The notes: generated by a model not told the origin, from the sequence alone. Shown: positions 52,498 through 64,000, numbered from the stretch's first letter. The stretch is 64,000 bases of DNA from a candidate division FCPU426 bacterium (GCA_963771075.1 CAVYSE010000003.1:128001-192000); one strand, 5' to 3'. Translations and numbers: made by a program.

Positions 52498-53125
52498 AAA
52501 AATAATTTTGATCGTGGAAGACCAGCCGGGTTTCCGGCGTATTTATCGCGACGTGTTGGAAGCGGATGGATATGAGGTTCTGGAAGCCGAGGACGGGGAA
52601 ACGGGCTGGAACATGGCCAAAGGCCACAAACCCCACCTGATCCTGCTGGATTTGGGGCTCCCCATTCTCGATGGTTTCGCGGTCTTGAAAAAAGTCCGGG
52701 GTGATTCCGAAACACGCTCCATTCCCGTCATCATTTTTTCCGTCCTGGGCGAGCAGAAGGATATCCAGCGGGGAATGGAATTGGGCGCCAACGATTACAC
52801 GGTCAAGGGCTTTTACACTCCCCGGCAGATCCTGGTGAAGATCAAGGACCTGCTGGCAAAGACGCCCGCGCCGGAACAGGAAACTTCCCCCCAGGCCGCG
52901 CCCGCGCACTCCTCTCCCGTTCAGCCCTCTTCTTATAAGGTCCGGATGACCTCCGGCTGGGGCGAGGAATCCCGCTTCTGTTCCGAAGTGGGGCTGAACC
53001 CGGGACATCCCTGCCCCCATTGCAACACCGAGTTGGTCCTGGAATTGATCCCCGACTACCAGCGTACCGATGGACATTGGTTCACAGGCCACTTGACCTG
53101 CACCAGTTGCCATAAAAGCTTTTAA
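52490..53125 (+). CDS. Response regulator with C-terminal Cys4 zinc-ribbon-like domain
   Basis: REC domain plus CPHC...CTSC. Confidence 0.85.
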   Translation: MPKKIILIVEDQPGFRRIYRDVLEADGYEVLEAEDGETGWNMAKGHKPHLILLDLGLPILDGFAVLKKVRGDSETRSIPVIIFSVLGEQKDIQRGMELGANDYTVKGFYTPRQILVKIKDLLAKTPAPEQETSPQAAPAHSSPVQPSSYKVRMTSGWGEESRFCSEVGLNPGHPCPHCNTELVLELIPDYQRTDGHWFTGHLTCTSCHKSF

Positions 53126-53139
53126 GGGGGCCCGGCCTG

Positions 53140-53778
53140 ATGGCGGAACAAAACATTCCCGATATTTCCTCGCCCGAGCCCGTCGGACCCACCAAGGGAC
53201 TCATCCTGATCTGCGATGACCAAAGGGGATTCCGAAGGATCTACCGGGATGTTTTGGAGCAGGATGGCTACCAGGTCCTGGAAGCGTCCACCGGCGAGGA
53301 AGGCTGGGACGCCATCCTGGAGCACAAGCCCGACCTGGTCCTTTTGGACCTCGGCTTGCCGGTGATGGACGGCTTTCAGGTGTTGGAAAAAATGCGCCGC
53401 AGTACCCAGACCCAGGATATTCCGGTCATTATTTTTTCCGTCCTGGGGGAACCCCGGGACGTCCAAAAAGCCATTCAGATGGGCGCCAACGACTATACGG
53501 TCAAGGGTTTTTACACTCCCCGCCAGATCCTCAGCAAGGTCCGGGACCTAATGCACAACCGGCAAAAAAGGTCGGCGGCCAATTCTTACCATCTCCAGAT
53601 CCAAGCCGAATTAATGGACGAACCCATCCTGAGGAACGATTTGGGCCTGGTGGACGGGCTCCAATGCCCTTCCTGCCACTTTCCCCTGGACGCGGAGTTT
53701 TTCCCCGATTACGCGCGGGCGGACGGCCATTGGTTCGCGGCCCGTTTCACCTGCCCCAAGTGCGGGAAGCCTTTTTGA
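53140..53778 (+). CDS. Response regulator with C-terminal Cys4 zinc-ribbon-like domain (paralog)
   Basis: REC domain plus CPSC...CPKC. Confidence 0.85.
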   Translation: MAEQNIPDISSPEPVGPTKGLILICDDQRGFRRIYRDVLEQDGYQVLEASTGEEGWDAILEHKPDLVLLDLGLPVMDGFQVLEKMRRSTQTQDIPVIIFSVLGEPRDVQKAIQMGANDYTVKGFYTPRQILSKVRDLMHNRQKRSAANSYHLQIQAELMDEPILRNDLGLVDGLQCPSCHFPLDAEFFPDYARADGHWFAARFTCPKCGKPF

Positions 53779-55945
53779 CGTCATCGTAGAGCCGAATGAA
53801 ACGTCCCCGCAAAAGCGTTTCCCGCTACCCCGCCGATCGATTCATCCCCGTGTACGCGGGGAACACACCCCCTCCTGGAAAGCGTACTGCGTGACCATCG
53901 GTTCATCCCCGCGTACGCGGGGAACGTTCAACATCTAAAACAATTTGCTCAACCCAGTCCGGTTCATCCCCGCGTACGCGGGGAACGTTGGCCTGTGCAA
54001 TTGGGGGAAAATGTATCCCTCGGTTCATCCCCGCGTACGCGGGGAACGTAAGCCAAGTTCAGGGCTTTTGTTTTACGGGCACGGTTCATCCCCGCGTACG
54101 CGGGGAACGTGGTCCGGGGACAACCTTCTTTTACGCACAAATCGGTTCATCCCCGCGTACGCGGGGAACGTTTAATTAATTAACCTAACTTTCTCTAAAA
54201 ACCCGGTTCATCCCCGCGTACGCGGGGAACGTTTGCATAGGCCAAAGCCTAAGACTGAAAAGACCGGTTCATCCCCGCGTACGCGGGGAACGTAAGGCCT
54301 TCATCCAGACCAACCCGGGTTGGGGCGGTTCATCCCCGCGTACGCGGGGAACGTAAAGGCATTTGATTGCGCGGGAAATCAATATACGGTTCATCCCCGC
54401 GTACGCGGGGAACGTCATTTCTTCTAAATCGGACAACGGTAAACCATCGGTTCATCCCCGCGTACGCGGGGAACGTTACATCCTCCCGTTAACAACGTAT
54501 TCAAGAGCCGGTTCATCCCCGCGTACGCGGGGAACGTCTAGTAATGAGGCATTAAATGAATTGGTTTTGCGGTTCATCCCCGCGTACGCGGGGAACGTTA
54601 CAATGTGGCAACCGCGGCCTCGATTACCGGCGGTTCATCCCCGCGTACGCGGGGAACGTCGATACTAACTCATGCAAATACCGGCAATCACCGGTTCATC
54701 CCCGCGTACGCGGGGAACGTACTGATTCTGAAATTCCTGTATCGTCTATTTCCGGTTCATCCCCGCGTACGCGGGGAACGTGATGCTTTGGCTGGCCGGA
54801 ACAACTGCTGGACCGGTTCATCCCCGCGTACGCGGGGAACGTAAAAGAGAGAGTTAACCGAAACGTTTTCCATCCGGTTCATCCCCGCGTACGCGGGGAA
54901 CGTAGTCAAGCGCACTCCGAACCGCCGCTCGGTTTCGGTTCATCCCCGCGTACGCGGGGAACGTTGTGAGGGCCGGCGAAAATAGGCCCGCTAAAGCGGT
55001 TCATCCCCGCGTACGCGGGGAACGTGACGCTCAATTTTTCCTAGACAACTTGGATTCCGGTTCATCCCCGCGTACGCGGGGAACGTGTTTTAGCTAAGTC
55101 TGATTTAACATCTTATGCCGGTTCATCCCCGCGTACGCGGGGAACGTGTCTAGGACAAATTGAGGCATCATAATCGCTCACGGTTCATCCCCGCGTACGC
55201 GGGGAACGTTCAGTGGACTCCACCTTGTGCTCCACGGACGCGCGGTTCATCCCCGCGTACGCGGGGAACGTTTGCTGAGTATCGTCTCGATCTCTGTCAC
55301 GAGCGGTTCATCCCCGCGTACGCGGGGAACGCTATCCTTGAGAATTGAGGCGAGGCATCTTGTATCCGGTTCATCCCCGCGTACGCGGGGAACGTTGGGG
55401 TATGCTAGGGTATGACAATTAATCTCGGTTCATCCCCGCGTACGCGGGGAACGTTAGACCCTTTTGAATTCCGACCGGAAAAATTCCGGTTCATCCCCGC
55501 GTACGCGGGGAACGTGACTGATACCCACAAGTTTTATGGCGAAGGACCGGTTCATCCCCGCGTACGCGGGGAACGTCGGTGTTCACACGTTGCAGCTGGA
55601 GCGCTGGACGGTTCATCCCCGCGTACGCGGGGAACGTTCCAATCGACTTTGCCAATTCGCAAATACTTCTCGGTTCATCCCCGCGTACGCGGGGAACGTC
55701 TGTCATTCGGCCATTATGCGTACCATCGAGTCGGTTCATCCCCGCGTACGCGGGGAACGTTTGCCTTGGTTTTGGTGCCATTATCGGCCTACCCGGTTCA
55801 TCCCCGCGTACGCGGGGAACGTTTCACCATCTTCTGCTGGGCCTCGTCCTTGGCCGGTTCATCCCCGCGTACGCGGGGAACGTTAGAAACTCTCTCCCTT
55901 AAATTTAACTACCCCGGTTCATCCCCGCGTACGCGGGGAACGTAA

Positions 55946-57000
55946 CCCGAGTTCCATAAGTAAGTGCAACACTCAGTGCAAGAAGAAAGCCGCCTCCATA
56001 GGATAGGCGGCCATGAAAAAAAACTACAAGCATTTAAGCGTTGAAGAAAGAGATCACTTGGCCGTTTTGAAGGGGAAAGGTCATGGGGTCCGGGATATCG
56101 CCAGAATCCTCAAGCGTTCCCCATCCACCATCTCCCGCGAACTCAAGCGCAACGCCCCAACCATCCGCACGGGTTATTACTTAGCCCACCGTGCCCACCT
56201 ACGATATATCGTCCGTAACCAGCAACGGGCACGCCGTTTACGCCTGAAAACAAAGCGAATTCGTGCCTACGTCCGCCGTCAATTGAAACGAGGTTGGTCT
56301 CCTGAACTCATTTCGGGTCGTTGGAGCTGCCTACATCCCAAGCAAACCATTGGCCCCGAAGCCATCTACCAGTGGATTTACATTGAGGCCACTGATTTGA
56401 TCTCTTACCTCGTTCGACACCACCGGCAACGTCTCTCTTTCGGCCACAGCCGTAAGCACGCCAAAAACCATATTCCAGGCCGTGTTTCCATCGACAAAAG
56501 GCCCAAGGCCGTCAACCAACGCAAGCAGTTCGGCCATTGGGAAACCGACACCATGGTCTCCCGTGAAAGCAAAGTCGCCATGCGGGCTCTCGTCGAACGT
56601 CAAAGCCGTTTTTCCAAGTTGGGAAAGCTCAAACGAAAAACAGCTGCCCAAATGAGTCACAGCCTCAATCGTACTTTAGGCCGCTTCCCTCAAGAAGCTC
56701 GTCTGAGTTTGACCTACGACAATGGAACCGAAAACACCAACCACCTGGAAACCAACCGCGTGCTTGGTACAAAATCCTTTTTCGGTGCGCCTTTCCACAG
56801 TTGGGAAAAAGGCACTGTAGAAAATACCATTGGTCTTGTTCGCCGTTATTTGCCCAAAAAGACTGACCTTGCTAAAGTATCTCTCAAAGAATTCAAAGCC
56901 ATCGAAAGATGGCTCAATCACAGGCCCAGAAAATGTTTGGGTTTTAAAACTCCGGCGGAAGTCTTCCGGCGAAGTGTTGCACTTACTCCGTGAATTCAGC
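55946..57000 (+). mobile_element. IS30-family insertion sequence within the CRISPR array
   Basis: Imperfect ~27-bp terminal IRs sharing AGTAAGTGCAACACT; TAA(C) target duplication. Confidence 0.93.
56013..56993 (+). CDS. IS30-family transposase
   Basis: YKHLSVEER, STISRELKRN, GHWETDT, TYDNGTE, WEKGTVEN, LNHRPRKCLG. Confidence 0.96.
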   Translation: MKKNYKHLSVEERDHLAVLKGKGHGVRDIARILKRSPSTISRELKRNAPTIRTGYYLAHRAHLRYIVRNQQRARRLRLKTKRIRAYVRRQLKRGWSPELISGRWSCLHPKQTIGPEAIYQWIYIEATDLISYLVRHHRQRLSFGHSRKHAKNHIPGRVSIDKRPKAVNQRKQFGHWETDTMVSRESKVAMRALVERQSRFSKLGKLKRKTAAQMSHSLNRTLGRFPQEARLSLTYDNGTENTNHLETNRVLGTKSFFGAPFHSWEKGTVENTIGLVRRYLPKKTDLAKVSLKEFKAIERWLNHRPRKCLGFKTPAEVFRRSVALTP

Positions 57001-57617
57001 TAACTTCACCTGAGCGATACTGATTTTTTTAAACGGTTCATCCCCGCGTACGCGGGGAACGTTCAGGGGTGACGTTTCCGGAATCAGGGTGACCGGTTCA
57101 TCCCCGCGTACGCGGGGAACGTTCGGTGATCGCCCAATTTCACCATTCCGCCTTCGGTTCATCCCCGCGTACGCGGGGAACGTAGGTCTTATCCTCCTTT
57201 CCCTTGACTCTCTTTCGGTTCATCCCCGCGTACGCGGGGAACGTAGACCAAGATTGAGCCACACCTTCTTCCTAGCCCGGTTCATCCCCGCGTACGCGGG
57301 GAACGCTGGCATGGCAATACGGAAATGGGGACAGATCAAATCGGTTCATCCCCGCGTACGCGGGGAACGTTGTCACACAGGCGGGAGCGGCGACGACATC
57401 TCCGGTTCATCCCCGCGTACGCGGGGAACGTTTCTTCTGTTTCGGCATGAGCAGGTTCCTCCTCGGTTCATCCCCGCGTACGCGGGGAACGTGGCTTGTA
57501 ACTGATTCATTAGTCACGACCTCCCGGTTCATCCCCGCGTACGCGGGGAACGTACTTATAAACGGCCATTTAACGCGTCATTTTTCCGTCAAACGGCTCC
57601 GTAGCCCTAAAAACGCC

Positions 57618-58826
<1,209 letters not shown>

Positions 58827-58830
<4 letters not shown>

Positions 58831-59315
58831 TTGGGGCCTTCCTGCGCTTTTGGCAGTTCCTCAAGCTTGTACCGGACATACTTGCCGCCCCCCACCCGCA
58901 CCAGGCGTTTGCCGTGCATCATCCGAAAGACGTGATTTAAGAAGAAATAGTTGTCCCCCCTTCGGGTCACCCCTTGGCAGAGGTCCAAAAGCCGATTCAA
59001 GTTATAAATTAGGGTACTTTTGGGAACGCCCAGTTCACGTGCTAAATCCCCTGGGGCGATTTCCCCCTCACGTTCAATGCAATCTATGATCTTTTTCCAA
59101 TATTCCATGGCATCCTCATGCGGGCGTCTTCCTTTTTTTCTGTTGAGATAGGCTTCTGTTTTAGGTTTGGGCGCCTTGTCTTTGGTGATGGATTGGATGG
59201 GTTGCGCCAAGGGAGGTGATTCAACAGGCGGGTTTGGCTTTGGGTGTGCAGCTTGGGTAGTATTTAAGCCAAAGAGACCCTTGATTAAACTTTTAATAGA
59301 CGGTTCATCTGCCAT
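58827..59315 (-). CDS. Winged-HTH-like protein translationally coupled to cas1
   Basis: GEIAPGDLARELGVPKSTLIYNLNRL helix-turn-helix, wing RVGGGKYVRY; ATGA overlap with cas1. Confidence 0.7.
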
Positions 59316-59337
59316 ACACCCACCATCCTTTCACCTT

Positions 59338-59809
59338 CTCACGTCCAATTTTAGCCGTGTTGTCGCTTTAATTGGACGCGAGGCAGTTTAAATGTCGTTT
59401 AAACGAGCCTTACATTCCCAAGACAAAACAGACCTTTGTCTTATTAGAAAAAATCCAATGTTTTCCGGCCCAGGTTATCCATCCGTCACGTCCAATTTTA
59501 GCCGCGTTACAGTTTTAATTGGACGCGAGACGCGTTTATCAACCCCTACCGTTCCATACGACTCCATCCCTTTGCCATCTCACGTCCAATTAATACCGCA
59601 TTGCGGACAAAATTGGACGCGAGACACCCTGCATAAACCATCTCAAACACCCAACTTGTGCAAGAGGCCCTTGCACAATTGACCGGTTGAGCTAAGCCGA
59701 AACAAAAACCCACATATACTTGAGATTCCGGGGTAAAAACCCCTCATGTCCGGGAAAGCGGCGGATAAACTTGCCAATTAATTCCGAAATACGGAAATAA
59801 TTGGCAAGT
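59338..59809. repeat. Four palindromic boxes CCAATT-N4-CCG-N5-CGG-N4-AATTGG
   Basis: Copies at 59338-59382, 59485-59529, 59579-59623, 59769-59809, all with 19 nt between CCAATT and AATTGG; inner CGG imperfect in the first two. Confidence 0.85.
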
Positions 59810-59832
59810 AAGCCCCGGAAAACGACCGTGAC

Positions 59833-60894
59833 TTAAACCCGGTAGGATACACGGCTTTCCATGAGCCGTTGGGTTTTCATGATTTCCCCGGCCAAGGTAT
59901 CCTCATCCGGCAGGGCCATACGGTATTCCGCCGCCATGATCTTGTTGGGTAGACCCTCCAAAGCGTATTTAGCGACTGCCTCGTCCCTTTGGGCGCACAA
60001 GATCAGGCCTACCGGGGGGTTTTCCTCCTCCCGGGCCCAGTGTTCCCGGGCGTAATTGAGGTACATGTGCATCTGGCCCGCGTCGGCGTGGGTGAACTTG
60101 CCGATTTTCAGGTCGATCACCACCAAGCAACGCAGTTTTCGGTGGAAGAAGAGCAAATCCACCCGGTACCATTCGTCGCCGATTCTCAGCCGTTTTTGGC
60201 GGCCCACGAAGGTGAAGTCCCCGCCCAGTTCCATCAGGAAGTATTCCAACTGCCGTATGAGGGCTTCCTCCAGGTCGTTCTCGGAATACTCGTCTTTCAG
60301 CCCCAAAAACTCCAAAACCAGGGGATCTTTCAGTTCCGTCTCGGGCGTTGTTTCCTCTCCCGCTTGTGCCTTTTCGCCCTTGCGGAGCATGGAAGCCTTG
60401 TTTTTGGACATGGACGTGCGCTCGTAAAACAGACTGGAAACCTGCCGGTCCAACTGCCGCACGCTCCATCCGCCCCGCAGGGCCTCGGTTTCATAAAAGG
60501 CCCTGGCCTTTGGTGAACGGCTTTTCCGGACCAACAGAACGTAATGAGACCAAGAAAGGGGAAAAACACCGGCTAATTGGACAGCCTCTAATTTCCGAGA
60601 CAGCGTCTCGGAAATCTTTTCGGATGAATAAGCCATATAGAAAAGCCGCATGGTTTCAAGGTTATCGTGTGAAAACCCCCGCCCAAACTGATTGGTCAAA
60701 TCCTCTCCCAACTGTTTGAGCAAAGCTTCCCCATACCCGGCCCTTTCCTTACCGCCCTGCTCAAATTCCACGATCCGGCGGCCCACCAGCCAATAGGTGG
60801 CGGTCATGACCGAATTGACGGTCCGGGCGGAGGTCCGACGGGCTTCGGCCAGGTAATCGGCGACTTCCTTCAGGAGGACATCATAATTTTTCAT
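59833..60894 (-). CDS. YhcG/DUF1016 PD-(D/E)XK nuclease-domain protein
   Basis: YWLVGRRIVEFEQGG, LSWSHY, KDPLVLEFL, FVGRQKR, DLLFFHR, DLKIG, GQMHMYLNY. Confidence 0.93.
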   Translation of the reverse strand: MKNYDVLLKEVADYLAEARRTSARTVNSVMTATYWLVGRRIVEFEQGGKERAGYGEALLKQLGEDLTNQFGRGFSHDNLETMRLFYMAYSSEKISETLSRKLEAVQLAGVFPLSWSHYVLLVRKSRSPKARAFYETEALRGGWSVRQLDRQVSSLFYERTSMSKNKASMLRKGEKAQAGEETTPETELKDPLVLEFLGLKDEYSENDLEEALIRQLEYFLMELGGDFTFVGRQKRLRIGDEWYRVDLLFFHRKLRCLVVIDLKIGKFTHADAGQMHMYLNYAREHWAREEENPPVGLILCAQRDEAVAKYALEGLPNKIMAAEYRMALPDEDTLAGEIMKTQRLMESRVSYRV

Positions 60895-61526
60895 GCAGGA
60901 ACCACCGAAAAGAGGCCTAATCCCATTGCTTTACCCCTACCAATGCCGGTTTTAACGGCGGTTTTAAACTTCTCCGGTTCCTTTACCGTAAGAATTCCGT
61001 CAAAAAGGACAGAAAATGCGTGAATGGCACCGCCATTACGCCTATCACCATGGGCCATCTTTTCTTCCGAGACATGGATTGATACCAGGGAAAAACCGTG
61101 GTTCTCCCCCTTCCTGGCAAGCCATTTTTCCTGTTCCACCAAGCGCAATAGACCCAGGCGTTTCCCATTGTGGATATCGGTTTTGCTGGGATTGGCCCGC
61201 AATCGGTAACGAAACCTTTGCCCTATTGAAAGGGAACCCAATTTCAACCGACCGGTTAAATCAATCGGAGAATCTGGATCGCGGGCGAACCAATCCTTAA
61301 CCCCGATTCGTGACCAATCAGGTGTTGAACGGCTTTGGACCAAAACCCTTGGATTCCCTTTCGGGTCTGTTTCCGGCTCCAAACGCCAAAGGATCTCCCC
61401 TGGTGGACATTTCTTTTCAGGTGTCGAAAACGCCCGGCAAAGGGTGGAATGCATCTCATAAGGATCGGCCAAATCGCGCCGGGCTTCCTTGCAGCGAAGG
61501 TTGAGGTGCAACCTATGCAGGAGCAT
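60891..61526 (-). CDS. cas6e: Cas6e (Cse3/CasE)
   Basis: PYEMHSTL, RLRANP, GIGRGKAMGLGL Gly-rich loop. Confidence 0.96.
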   Translation of the reverse strand: MLLHRLHLNLRCKEARRDLADPYEMHSTLCRAFSTPEKKCPPGEILWRLEPETDPKGNPRVLVQSRSTPDWSRIGVKDWFARDPDSPIDLTGRLKLGSLSIGQRFRYRLRANPSKTDIHNGKRLGLLRLVEQEKWLARKGENHGFSLVSIHVSEEKMAHGDRRNGGAIHAFSVLFDGILTVKEPEKFKTAVKTGIGRGKAMGLGLFSVVPA

Positions 61527-62181
61527 GGACGGCCTCCTTGCCAAAGGGTATCCATTCAGAGTTCACGAAACGGGCCCCAAAACGCCGTTCGGCGAACGAA
61601 GAAAGGGGCTGGTCCATTCGCATGGTCCCGGTGCCATCCTCGGATTCCCACGAGTAAAGCAGTTTTTCTGGTAAATCCCCCGTTCCCAACCAGGGGTAGG
61701 CCATGAGGGCATCCCGAAGGGATTTGTCTTGAATGCCATCAGGTAGCCAGATTGGTTCGGAAGGCACATAAGATTTCCGTCCTAAGGCCAAAGGCCAAGT
61801 GGGATTACACAAGGCCCCATGAATTTCCTCAAGAAAAGTTCGATCTTTTCCTTCTAGGCCCACCAAAAAAGCCGCATCAGCCAGGTATTCACGGGTAGTA
61901 ACTGCCGTTTCATGGATTTTGCTATGGTCAGCCGAAATAATGTGTTGAGCCGTCTGGTAATCACGTTTTGGAATTCCGGACCTGTCATGGCGAATTCCCA
62001 TTTTTAACATCGTTAGGGGCTCCAATTCTTCCCATTTTTCCCGGTCAATTCCCCTTGCCGCCGCCAGCAATCCGATTACGCCGGACTTGCTCGGTTCTTT
62101 GCCAGTATCCCGCTGGTCGAAACGGCTGATGGTTCCCCAGGATTGCATAGGTCCCACCAGCCTTAATAGAAGGGTCGCCAT
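61513..62181 (-). CDS. cas5e: Cas5e (CasD)
   Basis: LRLVGPMQSWG, PSKSGVIGLLAAA, LGRKSYVP. Confidence 0.96.
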   Translation of the reverse strand: MATLLLRLVGPMQSWGTISRFDQRDTGKEPSKSGVIGLLAAARGIDREKWEELEPLTMLKMGIRHDRSGIPKRDYQTAQHIISADHSKIHETAVTTREYLADAAFLVGLEGKDRTFLEEIHGALCNPTWPLALGRKSYVPSEPIWLPDGIQDKSLRDALMAYPWLGTGDLPEKLLYSWESEDGTGTMRMDQPLSSFAERRFGARFVNSEWIPFGKEAVHAPA

Positions 62182-62183
62182 AG

Positions 62184-63341
62184 CTATGCCTCCACGGCAG
62201 CCAAGGTTTTATCCAACAACTCTTGAAGCGACTTAACTTCCGTGGCGTAACCATTTATATCCACGCCAGTTAAGTTAAGCGCATAAGCCGTACTGTCGCC
62301 CCCATAGGCGGCTTGCAGGACCTTGTCCTTCTCAACCAAACGGTTGGCCGATTCCCCGATCAACGATTGATCCTTCTTGACCTTAACTGGAACTTCAAAA
62401 GCGTTAGCGACATTTCGGGGGGAGCAATCCTTGCGGACCTTGGTCACCACGAATTCGGATGGATTATGGGCGGCAAAGGTATTTTGTTTCCCTGTCGGCT
62501 CGGCGACGATGAAACCCTCCAGAAAAGCCCGCAATCCCTTTTTCGCCAACGCCTCGTCTTTTTGAAGATTCTGGGTGAGCTTGGTCCAGTCCACGACGGC
62601 GTAACGGTAAAAACATGCCGAGTTGAACTCCACCGTGCCCATCATGTCGGCGCCGCTAGTGTCCCCCGGCTTGAGATCATCGACGGCTGTGTAGAAATCA
62701 AATTCCCGGTCCACCGCGTGGGTCGAGATGGCATGAGCCACCTGGCAGGCGGCGTCCTGGTTTTTCTCAGGCATATCCGCGAGCATCCGTCCAAAAAGGG
62801 CCACGTCCACCGATTTGCCGCCGTTGAGCGTTTTCTCAAGAGCAGCCTTCAATTCCGGCGATGCACCCTTGGCTGCTTCTTTTTTCGTTTTTCCACCCTT
62901 CTTGTCCTCATCCTTTCCTTCACTCTTTTTTATGCTTTTCCATTGGTCATGAATGACCCCGGCGATTCCCTCAATTTCCCTTTGACCCAAAAATAAAAGG
63001 TACTGGTTTTTGCCATCATCCTTAATCGAAAGCTCAATGGCCGCCAGTGCTTGGCGTACCTTTTCCGCCGACTCTTCCTCACCATGCCCTTTATCCTTAA
63101 GCGATTTCACCAAGGCGTCCGACAGACGTTTGGTGCGGGTCGCCACGTCTTCAGGAGTCAACTTTCCTTGTTCCACCAAACCTTTGAAATACTCCCGCAC
63201 GGCCCGTTTGAGACATTGGCTCGATACCCTCGCACGACGTGTTCCACCGAACAAGGCGTCCTTGGGAGCTCCGGTATCATCACGATTCAAATTTGACGGG
63301 GCGAAATTCTGCAAAACATGGATTTCAATCAACTTTTTCAT
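62184..63341 (-). CDS. cas7e: Cas7e (Cse4/CasC)
   Basis: SNLNRDDTGAPK, RVSSQCLKR, DVALFGRM, DFYTAVDD, PTGKQNTFA. Confidence 0.97.
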   Translation of the reverse strand: MKKLIEIHVLQNFAPSNLNRDDTGAPKDALFGGTRRARVSSQCLKRAVREYFKGLVEQGKLTPEDVATRTKRLSDALVKSLKDKGHGEEESAEKVRQALAAIELSIKDDGKNQYLLFLGQREIEGIAGVIHDQWKSIKKSEGKDEDKKGGKTKKEAAKGASPELKAALEKTLNGGKSVDVALFGRMLADMPEKNQDAACQVAHAISTHAVDREFDFYTAVDDLKPGDTSGADMMGTVEFNSACFYRYAVVDWTKLTQNLQKDEALAKKGLRAFLEGFIVAEPTGKQNTFAAHNPSEFVVTKVRKDCSPRNVANAFEVPVKVKKDQSLIGESANRLVEKDKVLQAAYGGDSTAYALNLTGVDINGYATEVKSLQELLDKTLAAVEA

Positions 63342-63883
63342 TCTACTTCCTCCTTGGATAAACTGGTTTCATGAACTGGTTCGTTCTCATTCTCTTTTTC
63401 GGTTTCCGTCTTCCAATGCCGGTAAAAATCCTGTGCCCAACGGTTCTGAACCCATTTTTTCTCGTGCGTCCAGGATAACAAGTCCTTTAAGAGAAGCTCA
63501 AAATCCAACGGGTATTCCTTTAAAATTCCCACCATTTGACGCAAACGGTAAGGTAACTGGTCGGGGTCGGAATCCAGTAACGTGATAAAGCGGCGTTCCA
63601 CGCTGGGTGATTCCCCCTGAGATAAGTAATATTCAAAGCACGCATTTGCCACCGTTTGCGGATTCCCTGACCGTTCTTGCCGCCAATGAGTGGCCCACAA
63701 GCCCGCAACAAGATAATAAAAGTCGCGCTTCCATGAGCCGTTCTCACCTTTTATAAAAGGTTCGACATAAGGATAGGCTGATGGATATTCACCAGCCTCA
63801 AATGCAAGGCTTCTCCGCAAAACCGCCCGAACACGGGTGTCTTTCCGGTTCAATATCTCCAACCATTCGATAAATCCGTTCAT
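63338..63883 (-). CDS. cse2: Cas11/Cse2 (CasB)
   Basis: RAVLRRSL, SVERRFITLLD, WAQDFY; operon position. Confidence 0.93.
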   Translation of the reverse strand: MNGFIEWLEILNRKDTRVRAVLRRSLAFEAGEYPSAYPYVEPFIKGENGSWKRDFYYLVAGLWATHWRQERSGNPQTVANACFEYYLSQGESPSVERRFITLLDSDPDQLPYRLRQMVGILKEYPLDFELLLKDLLSWTHEKKWVQNRWAQDFYRHWKTETEKENENEPVHETSLSKEEVE

Positions 63884-64000
63884 GCAACCTCCTTTTTGGG
63901 ATTAATTAATTTTTCCAATTCGTTGATCTTCCTACGGATAGGGCCTTCCGCCTTCACCAGTGCCCGGATGGCCCAGGCGTCGCTTAGTGATATCAACGTT
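63880..64000 (-). CDS. cse1: 3' end of probable Cas8e/Cse1 (CasA), cut by the window edge
   Basis: Open frame ...DAWAIRALVKAEGPIRRKINELEKLINPKKEVA* ATGA-coupled to cse2; assigned mainly by position. Confidence 0.7.
   Translation of the reverse strand, partial: TLISLSDAWAIRALVKAEGPIRRKINELEKLINPKKEVA

Larger units (their letters stand above)
53838..57553 (-). CRISPR. Type I-E CRISPR array: 44 repeats, 43 spacers (mostly 32 nt), repeat ACGTTCCCCGCGTACGCGGGGATGAACCG
   Basis: About 61-bp periodicity; degenerate trailer repeat at 53838; leader end adjacent to cas2; interrupted by IS30. Confidence 0.99.

Noticed and set aside
53867..57524. Self-targeting spacers against the introns, IS or modules
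   Set aside because: No match noticed by eye; needs an alignment to exclude
59301..59310. CGGTTCATC match to the CRISPR repeat end within the HTH gene
   Set aside because: Only 9 nt, no hairpin, coding context; consistent with chance

Overview
64 kb of a moderately GC-rich bacterial chromosome; two glycoside hydrolases with Thr-Pro linkers and a shared PNP...ANGLYY C-terminal domain hint at an uncultured FCPU426-like lineage (inference only). 1-18.3 kb is mostly housekeeping and signalling: an NtrC-type regulator with an 8-PAS kinase, rpe, GH44, a DUF2946-like leader with a beta-barrel, ffh, a TPR protein and a frameshifted comM. 20.6-47.2 kb is the main discovery: an integron-like array of 12 small, co-oriented (minus-strand) gene modules, 5 of them toxin-antitoxin pairs. 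The modules are separated by 14 copies of a 26-bp dyad site (GTCCACGAYG-GGTCCC-CRTCGTGGAC) that lacks attC core motifs, and no integrase is present in the window. Two different group II intron families are inserted at or inside this site, and their putative EBS1 loops are complementary to it. The array is interrupted by a 13-kb block carrying a stressosome (rsbRSTX, kinase, four single-domain response regulators) bracketed by a duplicated gene tail, a multiply frameshifted ABC transporter and two diiron enzymes. 47-53.8 kb holds GH16 and a CHASE3/PAS two-component locus. 53.8-64 kb is a type I-E CRISPR-Cas locus (44 repeats, one IS30 insertion); between cas6 and cas1 lie a YhcG nuclease, four palindromic boxes and a winged-HTH gene. 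Scattered 1-bp indels suggest long-read assembly errors.
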